Shown here one piece after another: positions 36,398 through 46,600 of a DNA stretch of 64,000 bases. The position numbers were made by a program, and so were the translations under genes. The notes beneath the pieces are model-generated. The model searched no databases. It worked only from the letters and a program-made list of their open reading frames with translations, and was not told where the DNA came from. Each line of letters starts with the position of its first letter. Positions within the stretch are counted from its first letter, which is position 1. The DNA comes from an uncultured Pseudomonadota bacterium (GTDB lineage Bacteria; Myxococcota_A; UBA796; SXON01). The stretch spans positions 74,426-138,425 of the forward strand of contig CAIXRH010000199.1 of NCBI GenBank assembly GCA_903921785.1, given 5' to 3'.

Positions 36398-36940
36398 TTA
36401 GGGCTTCAGCGCGAGACAAGCCTCTTCAAACGCGGGGATCAGCTTATCGATCACCGGGTCCTTCCCCATGCCGCCGCCCTCGGGCATCAGCCGCACGTGG
36501 CAGAACAGCGCCTTTCCGTCGGTCGCCTTGAAGGTGACGCGCACGATCTCCACCACCCCATTCGGGGCCCGGGAGGTGATGAAGCGGTGGGTGAGGCTCT
36601 TCTCCTCCTGCTCCACCCGCCAGCTCCAGGAGTGAAGCGGCTTGAGGAGCTCCTCCTCGATGACCCGGGACCAGTCCTCGGGCGGCTTGCAGCTCGGCCC
36701 GCAGAGGTAGCCCACCCGGAACTCCGACTCGTGGCCGAGCACGTAGTCGGGGGGCGGCTCCCAGGTCCCCGTCGGCGACCGTTGGGCCACCCAGTTGTCC
36801 GGGACGACCGCGTGGACCTTCTCCGTGAGCACCACGGAAGCTCCGAAGTGCAGCTTGTCCTTGTACAGGGCCGGGACGAGGGCGTTGGCGGAGGCGGCGT
36901 CGGCGGCGAACGCCGCGCCGGCCAGGAGGGCGAACATCAT
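36398..36940 (-). CDS. Small secreted hypothetical protein
   Basis: Signal peptide MMFALLAGAAFAADA. Composition is ordinary and Lys/Glu-containing. It starts 23 nt downstream of the giant adhesin-like gene on the same strand. No family recognised. Confidence 0.5.
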   Translation of the reverse strand: MMFALLAGAAFAADAASANALVPALYKDKLHFGASVVLTEKVHAVVPDNWVAQRSPTGTWEPPPDYVLGHESEFRVGYLCGPSCKPPEDWSRVIEEELLKPLHSWSWRVEQEEKSLTHRFITSRAPNGVVEIVRVTFKATDGKALFCHVRLMPEGGGMGKDPVIDKLIPAFEEACLALKP

Positions 36941-36963
36941 GCAGGTGGGCTAACCGGAGCGCA

Positions 36964-39900
36964 TCAACGGCGCCGACGCCCACCCGCGAGGCCGGCGATG
37001 AGCACCCCGAGCCCGGCCAAGCCAGCCCCCCCGGACGTGTCGCAGCCCCCGTAGAGCCCGCCGACGCGCTCGACCCCCACAAGCCCAGAGTCCCCGCCAT
37101 CGCCCGCGCCGGTGTCGCCGCCGCCCGCGGGGGTGTCGCTGCCGTCGCAGTCCTGATCCACCCCATCCCCCACCACCTCGGTGGCCCCGGGGAACGCCGT
37201 CGGATCGGCGTCATCGCAGTCCGTGCCGTCGGAGACGTACCCGGACTGCTCACCACAGACCGTGATCGCCACGGCCGGATCCCCGAAGCCGTCGCCGTCG
37301 GCGTCCGCGTACAGGGTGCCCGCGTCGCTCGCGCCGTCGTCGATGCTGCCGGAGCAGTCGTCGTCCACGCCGTTGCAGAGCTCCACGGCGCCCGGGTTGA
37401 TGGCCGAGTGACCGTCGTCGCACTCTTCGCAGGCGCCGTAGCCATCGCCGTCATGGTCATCGAGGCCGGTAGCGCCGTCACAGTTGTAGTCGTTGGGATC
37501 GGCGCAATCGGACTCGCTGGCGCCGGGATGGAAGGCGGCTGAGCTGTCGTCACAGTCGCCAGTGGGGTCGGTCGCGCCCGCTTCGCCGCTGTTCGTACAA
37601 TCGGCGTCGCTGCTCACCACCTCGGCGTCGCCGCCCCGATAGCCGTCGTTGTCGCCATCCGCGTAGCAGCGCTCGCCGCCATCGCAGTCTTCATCGATCC
37701 CATCCCCGATGACCTCGATCGCCCCCGGGAAGATGCTCGCGTCCGCGTCGTCGCAGTCGTCGGCCGGGGCGGAGGCGTCGGCCTCTCCCGCATCGACGCA
37801 GGCGATGTCGGCGCTCGCGACCGTCGAGGTCGCGTCCGGCCGATGGCCGTCGGTGTCCGCGTCCACGTAGCAGAGCTCGGTCCCGTCGCAGTCCTGGTCG
37901 ACGTCGTCGCCGGGGAGCTCCACGGCGCTCGGGTTCACTGCCGCGTTGGCGTCGTCGCACTCTTCGCACGCGCCGTAGCCGTCGCCATCTTGGTCGCCCA
38001 CGCCCGCCGAACCATCGCAGTTGTAGTCGTTCGGATCGGCACAGTCGGGCTCCGCCGCACCCGGATGATACATCGAGTCTATGTCGTCGCAGTCGCCCTC
38101 AGGCTCCCCGGCGAGCGCTTCGCCGGCGTCGTCGCAGTCGGTGTCACTGCTCGCGACCTCGGAGACGGCGTCCGGGCGGTAGCCGTCGTCATCGGCGTCG
38201 ACGAAGCACTGCTCCGCGCCGTCGCAGTTCTGATCCACGGCATCCCCGGCCACCTCGATCGCGCCCGGGTTCACGGTGGCGTCGAGGTCCTCGCAGTCGC
38301 CGTCCGGCACCGCGGCGCTCGCCTCACCCGCGCCATCACAGCCCAGGTTGGCGCTCAAGAACAGGTTCTCGTCGTGGTAGCCGTCGCCGTCGATGTCGGC
38401 GAAGCAACACTCGAGCGTGTCGCAGTCCTGGTCAACACCGTCGCCGACCACCTCGGTGGCGCCCGGGCTCACCGAGGCGTCGGCGTCGTCGCAATCGCTG
38501 CCCGTCGTCGCGTCGGCCTCGCCAGGGTCGGAGCAATCGAGGTCCGTCGAGCCCACGAGGGCGGTGCCGCGATACCCGTCCACGTCGCCGTCGAGGTAGC
38601 AGGTCTCGCCTCCGTCGCAGTCTTCGTCCACGCCATCCGCCGTGATCTCGGTGGCGCCCGGATGAGCGCTCGCCGAGGTGTCGTCACAGTCCGAGGCGTT
38701 CGCCACGGAGCCCGCCGGGACGACACACGCGACGGTCATCGCCGATGCGTCCCCGTACCCGTCGCTGTCCGCGTCGGCGTACCACGGTGTCTGCCCGGTC
38801 ACCGCGGCATCCGCGTCGTCGACCCGCCCGTTGCAGTTGGCGTCGCCCCCCCCGCACACCTCCGCCGCGTCTGGGTGGACCGCGGCCGCACCGTCGTCGC
38901 AGTCGGTGGCGTCGGCGACGTAGCCGGAAGGCTGATCGCACGCCGAGACTGAACTACGTGCGTCGCCGTATCCGTCGACATCCGTATCAACGAACCAGAT
39001 ATCTGTGTCAGCCGCATCGGATTCATCGGCCAGCCCGTCGCAGTCATCGTCGACTCCGACGGTGGAGCAGAGCTCGACGCCGGCGGGGCTGACCGCCGCG
39101 TCGTGGTCATCGCAATCGCCGGTGGCCCCCCCCAAGGGCAGCTCGCCCGCGTCCGCGCAGCTGAGGTTCGCCGAGACGACCGTGCTGCCGTCCGTGTATC
39201 CGTCGCCGTCGACGTCCGCGTAGCAGAGCTCGGCGCCGTCGCAGTCCTGGTCCACCCCGTCCCCGGCGATCTCGGTCGCTCCGACGTAGATGGTACCGTT
39301 GGTGTCGTCGCAGTCGTCCGTGCGCGTGGTCAGCCCGCCTTCGCCGGAATCGAGGCAGTCCAGGTCCGGCGAAACACGTGTATCCGCGGTGCTGTCGAGC
39401 GCGCCGTCGCCGTCGTCGTCGTCGTAACAAAGCTCCTCGGCGTCGCAGTCCTGATCCACCCCGTCCGCCACTCCCTCGGTCGCGCCGGGGTTCACTGCGG
39501 CGTCGCCGTCGTCGCAGTCGGTGGTCGGCGCGATCGCGAGCGCCTCGGTGGCGTCACTACAATCCATGTCCGCCGAGACGACGGTGGCGCCGCCACCATC
39601 GAGCCACCCGTCAGCATCCGCGTCCAACAGGCACAGCTCGATCCCGTCACAGTCCTGGTCGACCGCGTCCCCAGCGATCTCGACCGCGTCGGGGTTCACC
39701 GTCGCGTCGGTGTCGTCGCAGTCGGCGGTGTCGCCGCCTCCACCGCCGTACCCATCGTGATCGGCGTCGGCATAGCCGAGGTACACGTAGGCCTTGCCGT
39801 AGGTGCTGGAGTCGAGGTAGTCGCCGACGGCGACGTCCGTATAGCCGTCGCCGTTGACATCGGCGCCCGCGATGGCGAAGCCGAAGTGGCTGCCGGACTC

Positions 39901-41658
39901 GCTCAGCGTCGTGCCGGCGGTCGTGGAGACGCCGCTCGCGGAGCCGGGATACACCGAAACACTGATGTTCGACGGGGCGCCCACCGCGAGGTCTGAGTAG
40001 CCGTCGCGATCGGTGTCCGGCAGCACGGCGAGGACGCCGCCGAACGATCCAGTGCCGCTCAGCGTCGTGGTGGCCGTCGAGTCGATCCCGGCCGCCGTGC
40101 CGTGAAACACATAGGCATACGTCGTGGTGCTGCTCGAAACGGCATAGTTTCCTACGGCGAGGTCGTCGTAGCCGTCGCCGTTGACGTCGCCGCCGCCCGC
40201 AGCGGAGACCCCGAGGACCGACAGAGCCGACCCGTAGAGGTGGGTCACGCTCGTCGTGCTCAGCCCGGTCGAAGAGCCGTAGTACACCGACGCCCGGCCG
40301 GCCCCGAGCAGGTACCCCGGCGCCGTCACCACGGCGTCCTCGTAGCCATCGGCGTTGACGTCGCCGGCGTCGCCCACGGCGAAGCCGAGGTGGTAGTCGA
40401 CCCCGCCATCGATCGTCACCGAGACGGTGGTGCTGATGCCTGAGCTCTTCCCTGCGTAGAGGTAGGCCTTTCCGCGGCTCGACGACGCCGACGGCGCGCC
40501 GACGAGGAGATCGGCGTAGTCGTCCGAATCCACGCTCGGCATCATCGCGAGCGCGCTGCCGTAGTCCGTGCCCGCGACGCCCGTCAGCGTGGCGGTCGCG
40601 GTCGTGGAGACGCCGCTGGCGCTGCCCAGGTAGACGCGGACACAGGCCTGGCTGGCCACGCAGGCCATCGCGACGTCGTCGTAGCCGTCGTGGTTGAGGT
40701 CCGCCCCGCCGGTGACTCGACCGCCACAACCGTAGTACGGCGTGCTCCCCGTGCGATTGCCGCCGCTCAACGTCGACGCCGCCGTGCTCGAAAGCCCGCT
40801 GGCGGAGCCGTGGTACACGTAGGCCCGACCGGTCAGCGTGGAGGCCTGCGACGCGCCGACGATCACGTCGTCGTACCCATCCCCGTTCACGTCCCCCGCG
40901 TTCGCCACGGCGATCCCGAAGTAGCTGTTCGCGCTGGGGCCCGTGAGCGTCGTGTCGGCCGTGATGAGCAGAGGATCGATCTCGATCGGATAGACCGCCT
41001 CCGCGTCGTCCACCTCGACCACCAGCGAGTCATCCAGGGCGAACCTCGCGTCCAACGGGCGTCCGGTCGCGTCGTACGCCGCCAGGTCGGCGTAACGCCA
41101 GTCCTGACCCCCATCGTCAAGGAGCTCGACGCTCTCGTCGTCCACCGCGAGCACCTCCGCGTCCGTGGCCAGGGTGAACCGGAGCGTCCCCTCACCCGCC
41201 GGTCGTTCGTCCACGGTCCATCCGTGCTCCAGGCCCCCCGGCGTCCCGACGAACCACTCGGTGATGCCTTCGTGGCCGTACTCCAGCCGACGCGCCGCGA
41301 TTCCGTCCGGCCCGAGGAGCCCGGCCACCACAGCGCCCACGACCGGCGCGGTCGGATCCACCGCCCGCTGCGAGGCACGCCCGAACGACGCGAGCCCCAG
41401 CGTGAGGCTCCCGTCCCGGCCGCTCACCGTGGCGCCCAATTCGTCGAAGGCGACCCGGGCGCCGAGCGCGGGGAGGTTCGCGCTCGGGCGGGCACCGCTG
41501 GCGTCGATCGACGCGTCGGCGACCGCGATGCGCGCGGCCGCGGCGTCGCTCCAGGCAGAGTCCATCTCAACCGACGCGTTCTCGGGACCGCCCACAGCCG
41601 GCGGAGACGACGAGACGGCGCAGGCCGCGAGCAGCAGGAGCAACGGGAGGGTCCGCAT
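36964..41658 (-). CDS. Giant (1564 aa) surface lipoprotein: N-terminal domain, seven FG-GAP blades, ~13 MopE-type Cys/Asp repeats, MYXO-CTERM-like tail
   Basis: Lipobox LLLLLAAC. Seven D(V/L)NxDGYxDxxVG blades span aa ~250-625. Long runs of DCDDxDAxxxPGAxExxGDGVDQDCDGxExCY units span aa ~630-1506. It ends GGCDTSGGAGLAGLGVLIAGLAGGRRRR. Confidence 0.85.
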   Translation of the reverse strand: MRTLPLLLLLAACAVSSSPPAVGGPENASVEMDSAWSDAAAARIAVADASIDASGARPSANLPALGARVAFDELGATVSGRDGSLTLGLASFGRASQRAVDPTAPVVGAVVAGLLGPDGIAARRLEYGHEGITEWFVGTPGGLEHGWTVDERPAGEGTLRFTLATDAEVLAVDDESVELLDDGGQDWRYADLAAYDATGRPLDARFALDDSLVVEVDDAEAVYPIEIDPLLITADTTLTGPSANSYFGIAVANAGDVNGDGYDDVIVGASQASTLTGRAYVYHGSASGLSSTAASTLSGGNRTGSTPYYGCGGRVTGGADLNHDGYDDVAMACVASQACVRVYLGSASGVSTTATATLTGVAGTDYGSALAMMPSVDSDDYADLLVGAPSASSSRGKAYLYAGKSSGISTTVSVTIDGGVDYHLGFAVGDAGDVNADGYEDAVVTAPGYLLGAGRASVYYGSSTGLSTTSVTHLYGSALSVLGVSAAGGGDVNGDGYDDLAVGNYAVSSSTTTYAYVFHGTAAGIDSTATTTLSGTGSFGGVLAVLPDTDRDGYSDLAVGAPSNISVSVYPGSASGVSTTAGTTLSESGSHFGFAIAGADVNGDGYTDVAVGDYLDSSTYGKAYVYLGYADADHDGYGGGGGDTADCDDTDATVNPDAVEIAGDAVDQDCDGIELCLLDADADGWLDGGGATVVSADMDCSDATEALAIAPTTDCDDGDAAVNPGATEGVADGVDQDCDAEELCYDDDDGDGALDSTADTRVSPDLDCLDSGEGGLTTRTDDCDDTNGTIYVGATEIAGDGVDQDCDGAELCYADVDGDGYTDGSTVVSANLSCADAGELPLGGATGDCDDHDAAVSPAGVELCSTVGVDDDCDGLADESDAADTDIWFVDTDVDGYGDARSSVSACDQPSGYVADATDCDDGAAAVHPDAAEVCGGGDANCNGRVDDADAAVTGQTPWYADADSDGYGDASAMTVACVVPAGSVANASDCDDTSASAHPGATEITADGVDEDCDGGETCYLDGDVDGYRGTALVGSTDLDCSDPGEADATTGSDCDDADASVSPGATEVVGDGVDQDCDTLECCFADIDGDGYHDENLFLSANLGCDGAGEASAAVPDGDCEDLDATVNPGAIEVAGDAVDQNCDGAEQCFVDADDDGYRPDAVSEVASSDTDCDDAGEALAGEPEGDCDDIDSMYHPGAAEPDCADPNDYNCDGSAGVGDQDGDGYGACEECDDANAAVNPSAVELPGDDVDQDCDGTELCYVDADTDGHRPDATSTVASADIACVDAGEADASAPADDCDDADASIFPGAIEVIGDGIDEDCDGGERCYADGDNDGYRGGDAEVVSSDADCTNSGEAGATDPTGDCDDSSAAFHPGASESDCADPNDYNCDGATGLDDHDGDGYGACEECDDGHSAINPGAVELCNGVDDDCSGSIDDGASDAGTLYADADGDGFGDPAVAITVCGEQSGYVSDGTDCDDADPTAFPGATEVVGDGVDQDCDGSDTPAGGGDTGAGDGGDSGLVGVERVGGLYGGCDTSGGAGLAGLGVLIAGLAGGRRRR
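37141..39771 (-). repeat. Intragenic tandem array of MopE-type repeat units (coding)
   Basis: Repeated ~65-70-codon units are visible in the translation of 36964-41658. Confidence 0.7.
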
Positions 41659-41687
41659 CCCCGGATGCTACACCAACTGCCCGGACC

Positions 41688-42863
41688 TCAGCGCACTTCG
41701 ACCGGAATCCGGCGCAACTCCGTCACGAGCGTGCCCCGGACCGCGCGAACGACGACCGCCCCGGACCCCGCGAGCCCTTTGGCGTTGGGGGTGAAGTGGG
41801 CGGTCCACTCCTTCCGCGCGCCGACGCCAAGCCGATCGTCGGCGGTGGTCCGCCACGGGGAGACCTTCTCAACCGTCCGTGCCAGCACGAACTTCTGGGC
41901 CGGCGCGAGGTCCTTGCCCGCCGCATCGACCAGCACGACCTCGATGGTCCACGTCTTGAACGGATTGCCGGTGGGGACCAGGTGACCTGCGCCGCTGTTG
42001 ATGACGGTGAGCGCCACGTCCACCGGCTGGTTTCGGGCGATCCATGCATGCGGAAGGCGGACGAGCGTGGTGAGCGCGCGCTGGATGGTCGTCGGAGACG
42101 CGTGGGAGGCGACCACCCCGGTCTCGCCGGGCTGCGCCGCGCCGGCGGCCGGCGCCATGTGGCAGTCCTGACAGGTGACGCCGGCGGCGGCGTACGCGCT
42201 CGCCTTCCATTCCCCGTAGGTGTCGTAGAATGGGCGATCCGCCTCCGGCCACGTGAGCTGGTGGCAGGTCGCACACAGCTCGCTCGACGTGAGCTCCGGG
42301 GAGACAACCACGGGGTGGGGTGCGTTGGTGGTGGCGTGCGTGCCGAGCACCTTGCCGTCGCGGACATGGCACGCCGCACACGTGACCCCCTCGGACATCA
42401 ACGTCAGGTCGAAGCTTGGGTTGTCCTGCAGGCGCGGCCGGGTGATGTCCCCATCGACGTAGCCGGCGGCGAGCTGATCGTGCTGCGCCGCGAGCGGGAG
42501 ATGACAGGCAACGCACGCCGTACTGTTCCCCGCAGTACGGAGCGCCGCCTGATACCCCGGGTTGCTCCAGGCGTGCGCGTGGGGACCGCCGGCCCAGCTG
42601 TCGTGGGCGGCCCAGTGGCACGCGTCGCAGCTCTGGGCGGAGAGCGAGGCGACGCCAGCGGGGGCGACATCGACCACCACGGGCAGGCCCGCCGGGAACA
42701 ACGCCGGCGCCGGCGGGGCGGGCGGGTCCTCGGCCGCCGCGGGAGCAGTGGCTGGGGGCGCCACATCCTGCACTTCCTCGGCCTTCTTGTTGCGCGCCAG
42801 GGCGATGCCTCCGGCGGCGATCGGGATGGCGATTGCGAGGGCCCAGCGGGCGGACGGCGGCAT
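41688..42863 (-). CDS. Penta-haem c-type cytochrome (membrane-anchored or secreted)
   Basis: Five CxxCH sites: CDACH, CVACH, CAACH, CATCH, CQDCH. N-terminal hydrophobic anchor WALAIAIPIAAGGIALA. The stop lies 29 nt upstream of the giant lipoprotein start. Confidence 0.8.
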   Translation of the reverse strand: MPPSARWALAIAIPIAAGGIALARNKKAEEVQDVAPPATAPAAAEDPPAPPAPALFPAGLPVVVDVAPAGVASLSAQSCDACHWAAHDSWAGGPHAHAWSNPGYQAALRTAGNSTACVACHLPLAAQHDQLAAGYVDGDITRPRLQDNPSFDLTLMSEGVTCAACHVRDGKVLGTHATTNAPHPVVVSPELTSSELCATCHQLTWPEADRPFYDTYGEWKASAYAAAGVTCQDCHMAPAAGAAQPGETGVVASHASPTTIQRALTTLVRLPHAWIARNQPVDVALTVINSGAGHLVPTGNPFKTWTIEVVLVDAAGKDLAPAQKFVLARTVEKVSPWRTTADDRLGVGARKEWTAHFTPNAKGLAGSGAVVVRAVRGTLVTELRRIPVEVR

Positions 42864-42892
42864 CCGCGAGCCCTAACCGCTACGTTGCCCCG

Positions 42893-44158
42893 GTGACGGT
42901 CCCCTGCCCTCGCTGCCGCCGCGCCAACGCCCCACACCGGGAGACCTGCCTGTACTGCGGGTCTGCCATGCCCACCCCCACCGTGGCCCCCCCGCCGAAG
43001 ACGCGAGAGCTCCCCGCCAACCTCGATGAGCTCGTGCGCCGCGCGATGACCGGCGGGGGCCTGGGTGCGCTCAAGCAGGCGCTGGAGACCACCGGCCCCG
43101 CGGGAGGCCCGGCCGCGGCGGCCCCTGATCCCGTCGTGCCTCCAGTCCAACTCCCCGCCAGCGACCCCTGGGATGCCCTGGTGGACGCGGCGTGGCGCGC
43201 GCGGGCGCTCAAGGCGGACCCCACGGGTGCCGCCGAGGCCCTCGCCCAGGTCCGTGCCGCGTTGGACGGGCTGGAGGCGCAGGTTCCACCCGTGCGTGGG
43301 GTCGGAGCGAGCGACGCGGAGCGGAGCCCGCCCGACCCGGCGGTCGGGGAGGGTGCGGAGGCCGAACCACCGCCGCCCGACACCGGTCCGCCGATCCGGC
43401 TCCCCCCCGCTCGCCACGCGGTCGCCCTGGCGATGGCCGCCGTGCCGGCCGGCCTGGAAGTGGGCCGGTTGGCGGCTGCGCTGGAGGTGGACCTCGCGAC
43501 AGCCAGGGTCGCGGCGCTCGCCGGCGGCGCCCGGATCGTGCTTCGCGGCGCCGACCGGGGAGACCTGGATCGCCGCGCCCGGGCGTTGGAAGCGCTCGGC
43601 ATCCGCTCCCGCACCCTCACGCGCGAGCTCCTCCTGGAGGCGGGACCGGCGACCGGGCTGGTGGGCGCGGAAGGGGCCGACGCCTGGCGCGTGGTGGAGA
43701 CCGCGCGGTGGGGCGAGAATCGCCCCGATCCGAGCCAGCTTCCCCACGGCGAGGTCGCCCGCCCGGGGGACGTCTGGTTGGTCGTGCAGGGGGAGGTCGA
43801 AGAGAAGCGCCTCCGCGCCCCAGCCGCCGAATCGCGCTGGCAGCGGAGCCACTACTCGGCGCCGAACGGGGCGGGAGGCGAAGCGCGGATCTCGGTGCTC
43901 GACCTCCACACCGACGAAGGCATTGTCCGGGTGGTGGAGGGGGCGACCGACCTCCGCGGCCTGCCCGGGGTCACCGCCGCCGGGAACCGCGTAGCGCTCA
44001 AGGTCCTCCTCGACGCCGTCGTGCTCCGGTGGCCCGCAGCCCATGTGGAGGGGAAGCGGACGTGCCCGGCGACCGCACGGCCAGGGGACCCGCTGCGGTC
44101 GGACGGCTGGGCCGCCTGGGAGGAACACAGCCGGATGTGTCGCGCCTTGCTGCGCTGA
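42893..44158 (+). CDS. Zinc-ribbon hypothetical protein
   Basis: GTG 42893 is preferred; TTG 42833 would overlap the divergent cytochrome gene. N-terminal CPRC-x11-CLYC ribbon. Third-position GC is high throughout. No family recognised. Confidence 0.5.
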   Translation: MTVPCPRCRRANAPHRETCLYCGSAMPTPTVAPPPKTRELPANLDELVRRAMTGGGLGALKQALETTGPAGGPAAAAPDPVVPPVQLPASDPWDALVDAAWRARALKADPTGAAEALAQVRAALDGLEAQVPPVRGVGASDAERSPPDPAVGEGAEAEPPPPDTGPPIRLPPARHAVALAMAAVPAGLEVGRLAAALEVDLATARVAALAGGARIVLRGADRGDLDRRARALEALGIRSRTLTRELLLEAGPATGLVGAEGADAWRVVETARWGENRPDPSQLPHGEVARPGDVWLVVQGEVEEKRLRAPAAESRWQRSHYSAPNGAGGEARISVLDLHTDEGIVRVVEGATDLRGLPGVTAAGNRVALKVLLDAVVLRWPAAHVEGKRTCPATARPGDPLRSDGWAAWEEHSRMCRALLR

Positions 44159-44196
44159 TCTCGCGCGAAGTCCACAACGTCGCGCTATCGTTGGGG

Positions 44197-45051
44197 ATGC
44201 TCCTCACCCTCGTGCTCGCCGGGTGCTCTCCCGATGAACCGGCCGGCGTGGCACCGATCGTCACCGTGCCGGCGGTGGTGGGCCCGGGGTCGGCCACGGC
44301 GGAGGCATCCGGCCACGACGCCTCGCACGCGCCATCGCCCTCGCCGTCCCCCACGCCCGATCAGACCGAGTCCCCCGCGGCGGAACCCGATGGACCCACG
44401 CCGCCCCGACGCCACGGTCCGCTGCCGAAGGCGTCCGCCCTCCCCGCCGCGGGCTCGGTGTCCTACGCAGAGCTGGTCGCGGCCATCGAAGCAGATCGCC
44501 GGACCTTCGCCGCATTTGACGCCCGAGATGAAGCCGCGAACTACGTCTACGAAGCGGTGACCGACCGACTGGTCCCCGCCTGGAAAGGAACCCCCTGGGC
44601 CTTCTACGGCACGGCCGAGGTCCCCGGCGACGAGCCCGTCGCGTGTGGCTATTGGGTGGCCAGCATCCTCCGCGACGTCGGATTCCGAGTCGATCGAAGC
44701 GACGTGGGTCAACAAGCCTCCGAGCGCATCCTGAGGACCTTCGCCCCATCCGCCTCGCTCCACCACTTCGGACGGAAGCCAACCGCGGAGATCGTCGAGT
44801 GGATCGCCCACAAGGGCCGCGGCCTCTGGGGGGTCGGCCTGGCCAACCACGCCGGGCTGGTCTGGAACGACGGCACCGAGGTGCGGTTCTGCCACTCCAA
44901 CTACAACAACGCCATGGGGCCGGTCTGCGAAAACGCGAGCTACTCGGGCCCCTTCCGCACCAACTACACCGTGGTGGCCTCCATGCTGGCCCCCGAGACG
45001 ATCGGCGCGTGGCTCGCGGGCGCCCCGCTCGCCACCGGCGCCTTCCCCTAG
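44197..45051 (+). CDS. Hypothetical lipoprotein with a papain-like Cys/His pattern
   Basis: ATG 44197 gives the lipobox MLLTLVLAGC and a Pro/Ser linker. ACGYWVASIL and LANHAGLVW resemble CHAP/NlpC-type catalytic Cys and His contexts; this is an inference only. The upstream 335 codons of the ORF overlap the previous gene in another frame. Confidence 0.5.
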   Translation: MLLTLVLAGCSPDEPAGVAPIVTVPAVVGPGSATAEASGHDASHAPSPSPSPTPDQTESPAAEPDGPTPPRRHGPLPKASALPAAGSVSYAELVAAIEADRRTFAAFDARDEAANYVYEAVTDRLVPAWKGTPWAFYGTAEVPGDEPVACGYWVASILRDVGFRVDRSDVGQQASERILRTFAPSASLHHFGRKPTAEIVEWIAHKGRGLWGVGLANHAGLVWNDGTEVRFCHSNYNNAMGPVCENASYSGPFRTNYTVVASMLAPETIGAWLAGAPLATGAFP

Positions 45052-45088
45052 CCCGCCGGATTACGTTGCCCCCCTCGGGGGGACGAAC

Positions 45089-46465
45089 GTGTACTGCAGC
45101 CTCGACAAGCTGGACCTCGTGGTCGAGACCGGCGCTGGGAAGCTCGGCGTGCAGACCGACCACCGCACCGCCCAGGAAATCCAGCGGCTCTGGGACTTCT
45201 CCGTGGTCTTCCTCGCGATCCGGGTGCGTCGGGCCCTGCGGGTGCCCGGCATCGCCCGGGTCGACGTGGCCTTCCAGGAGCCGCCACCCCACTCCTTCGC
45301 GGTGCTCGCCCGGCAGCTCGGCGCGGGCGTGAGCGTCGGACACGGCGAGGCGATCCCCGCGGAGCCCGACCCCCAGGCCGCGCTCACGGTCGTCTCGCAG
45401 GCCTTCATCCGGCTGGGTGAGCGCGCGTTCGAGTCGTTCTCCCTGGAGATGGACCTCGACGGGCTCCGAAGCCTCGAGCACGAGCTGCGTTCCGACCCGG
45501 TGCAGCGCCTCGCAGACGGGGATCCGCCTGAACCGCACGACGACACGATCGTGGACGTAGACGCCGTCAGTGACGAAGAAGCCCGCTGGCGCAACGTCTG
45601 CCGCCTGGCCGGCGCCGCGATGCTCGTCTTCGAGGACCTCTGCGGTGGCGCACTCCACGGCGACCTTCCCGGAGAAGACGGCCCCCCCCCAGCGGACTGG
45701 CCGTTCCGTTGGCTCGTGGGCGGCGGCTACCTGAACCTGCTCGGGCGTGCGGCCACGTTCCTGCAGGACGACCCCAACGTCGCGCCGTCGTCGCTGATCC
45801 AGCTCCACGCGGAGCGCACGGAGGCGGACGAGGAGGACTGTCCGATCATGCTGAACCTCCGGCCCAAGGACTGGTCGGGGATTCCGCTCGCCGCCCTCGT
45901 CGCGCTGCTCCCTGAGTCCGATCGCCACGAACCGCATGATCTGCCCGTGGTGGCGCTGGTGCGGGATCGACCCACCTCCACCGAGAGCCTGCCCTCTTCC
46001 ACCCCGACGGAGCTCCGAGAACGACTCCGCGAAGAGGCGCTTACCAACCTTCGGAAGGTGCCGGTGCAGGTGGCGACCGTGGGCGCGGGGCCGCAGCGTA
46101 CGCTCGTGGTGCACGGTGGCTTCTACGCCGGGGAGCGCGTACTCGACGTGGAGTACATGCGCGCGCTCGGGGTGCAGCTCGGCAGCGACACGCTGCTGGC
46201 GGGACTCCCGATGAAGGGCGCGCTCTTCGTACGCGCGGCCAACGCTTCGAGCGCCGAGCTGGAGGCCTTTCAGCAGGTGATTCAGCGGCAGTACGACGAC
46301 GCGGCTCCGAGCGATCGCCTCGCAACCAGCATCCTCGTGCTGACCCACGGGCGGCCCACAGGCGTTGCCCGTCCCGAAGCGTGGGCCGCACCGGCCGCGA
46401 CCAGCGACGTCGTCACGCCGCGCAAGGGCTTCTGGGCACGACTGTTCGGGGGTGGGGACGCCTGA
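45089..46465 (+). CDS. Hypothetical cytoplasmic protein (458 aa)
   Basis: GTG start with GGGGGGA upstream. Third-position GC is consistently high. No signal peptide and no family recognised. Confidence 0.55.
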   Translation: MYCSLDKLDLVVETGAGKLGVQTDHRTAQEIQRLWDFSVVFLAIRVRRALRVPGIARVDVAFQEPPPHSFAVLARQLGAGVSVGHGEAIPAEPDPQAALTVVSQAFIRLGERAFESFSLEMDLDGLRSLEHELRSDPVQRLADGDPPEPHDDTIVDVDAVSDEEARWRNVCRLAGAAMLVFEDLCGGALHGDLPGEDGPPPADWPFRWLVGGGYLNLLGRAATFLQDDPNVAPSSLIQLHAERTEADEEDCPIMLNLRPKDWSGIPLAALVALLPESDRHEPHDLPVVALVRDRPTSTESLPSSTPTELRERLREEALTNLRKVPVQVATVGAGPQRTLVVHGGFYAGERVLDVEYMRALGVQLGSDTLLAGLPMKGALFVRAANASSAELEAFQQVIQRQYDDAAPSDRLATSILVLTHGRPTGVARPEAWAAPAATSDVVTPRKGFWARLFGGGDA

Positions 46466-46600
46466 GCGGGCACGCGGCCAACGCCGGCTTCGCTCCGCCC
46501 GCCGACGGGGGGCACGCCGACCGCGGCCGTGCTGCCCCATAAACCCGCCGCCGTCGAACGGTCCGTCGGCCGTTTCCCTTCACGTCGGCTAAAGGGTCGG

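Noticed and set aside
43192-44196. N-terminal 335 codons of the 619-aa plus ORF, and the 574-aa minus ORF 42404-44128
   Set aside because: They are alternative frames over the zinc-ribbon protein gene. Both are extremely Arg/Gly/Pro-rich. The lipoprotein signal at ATG 44197 explains the real 3' part.
45069-45082. CCCCCCTCGGGGGG hairpin after the 44197-45051 gene as a terminator
   Set aside because: It has a 2-nt loop and no U-tract, and its G-run more plausibly serves as the ribosome-binding site of the next gene (GTG 45089).
44261-46540. 759-aa minus-strand ORF
   Set aside because: It is antisense to the two plus-strand genes (44197-45051 and 45089-46465), which have near-uniform G/C third positions in their own frames. 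The composition of the minus ORF is Arg-dominated.
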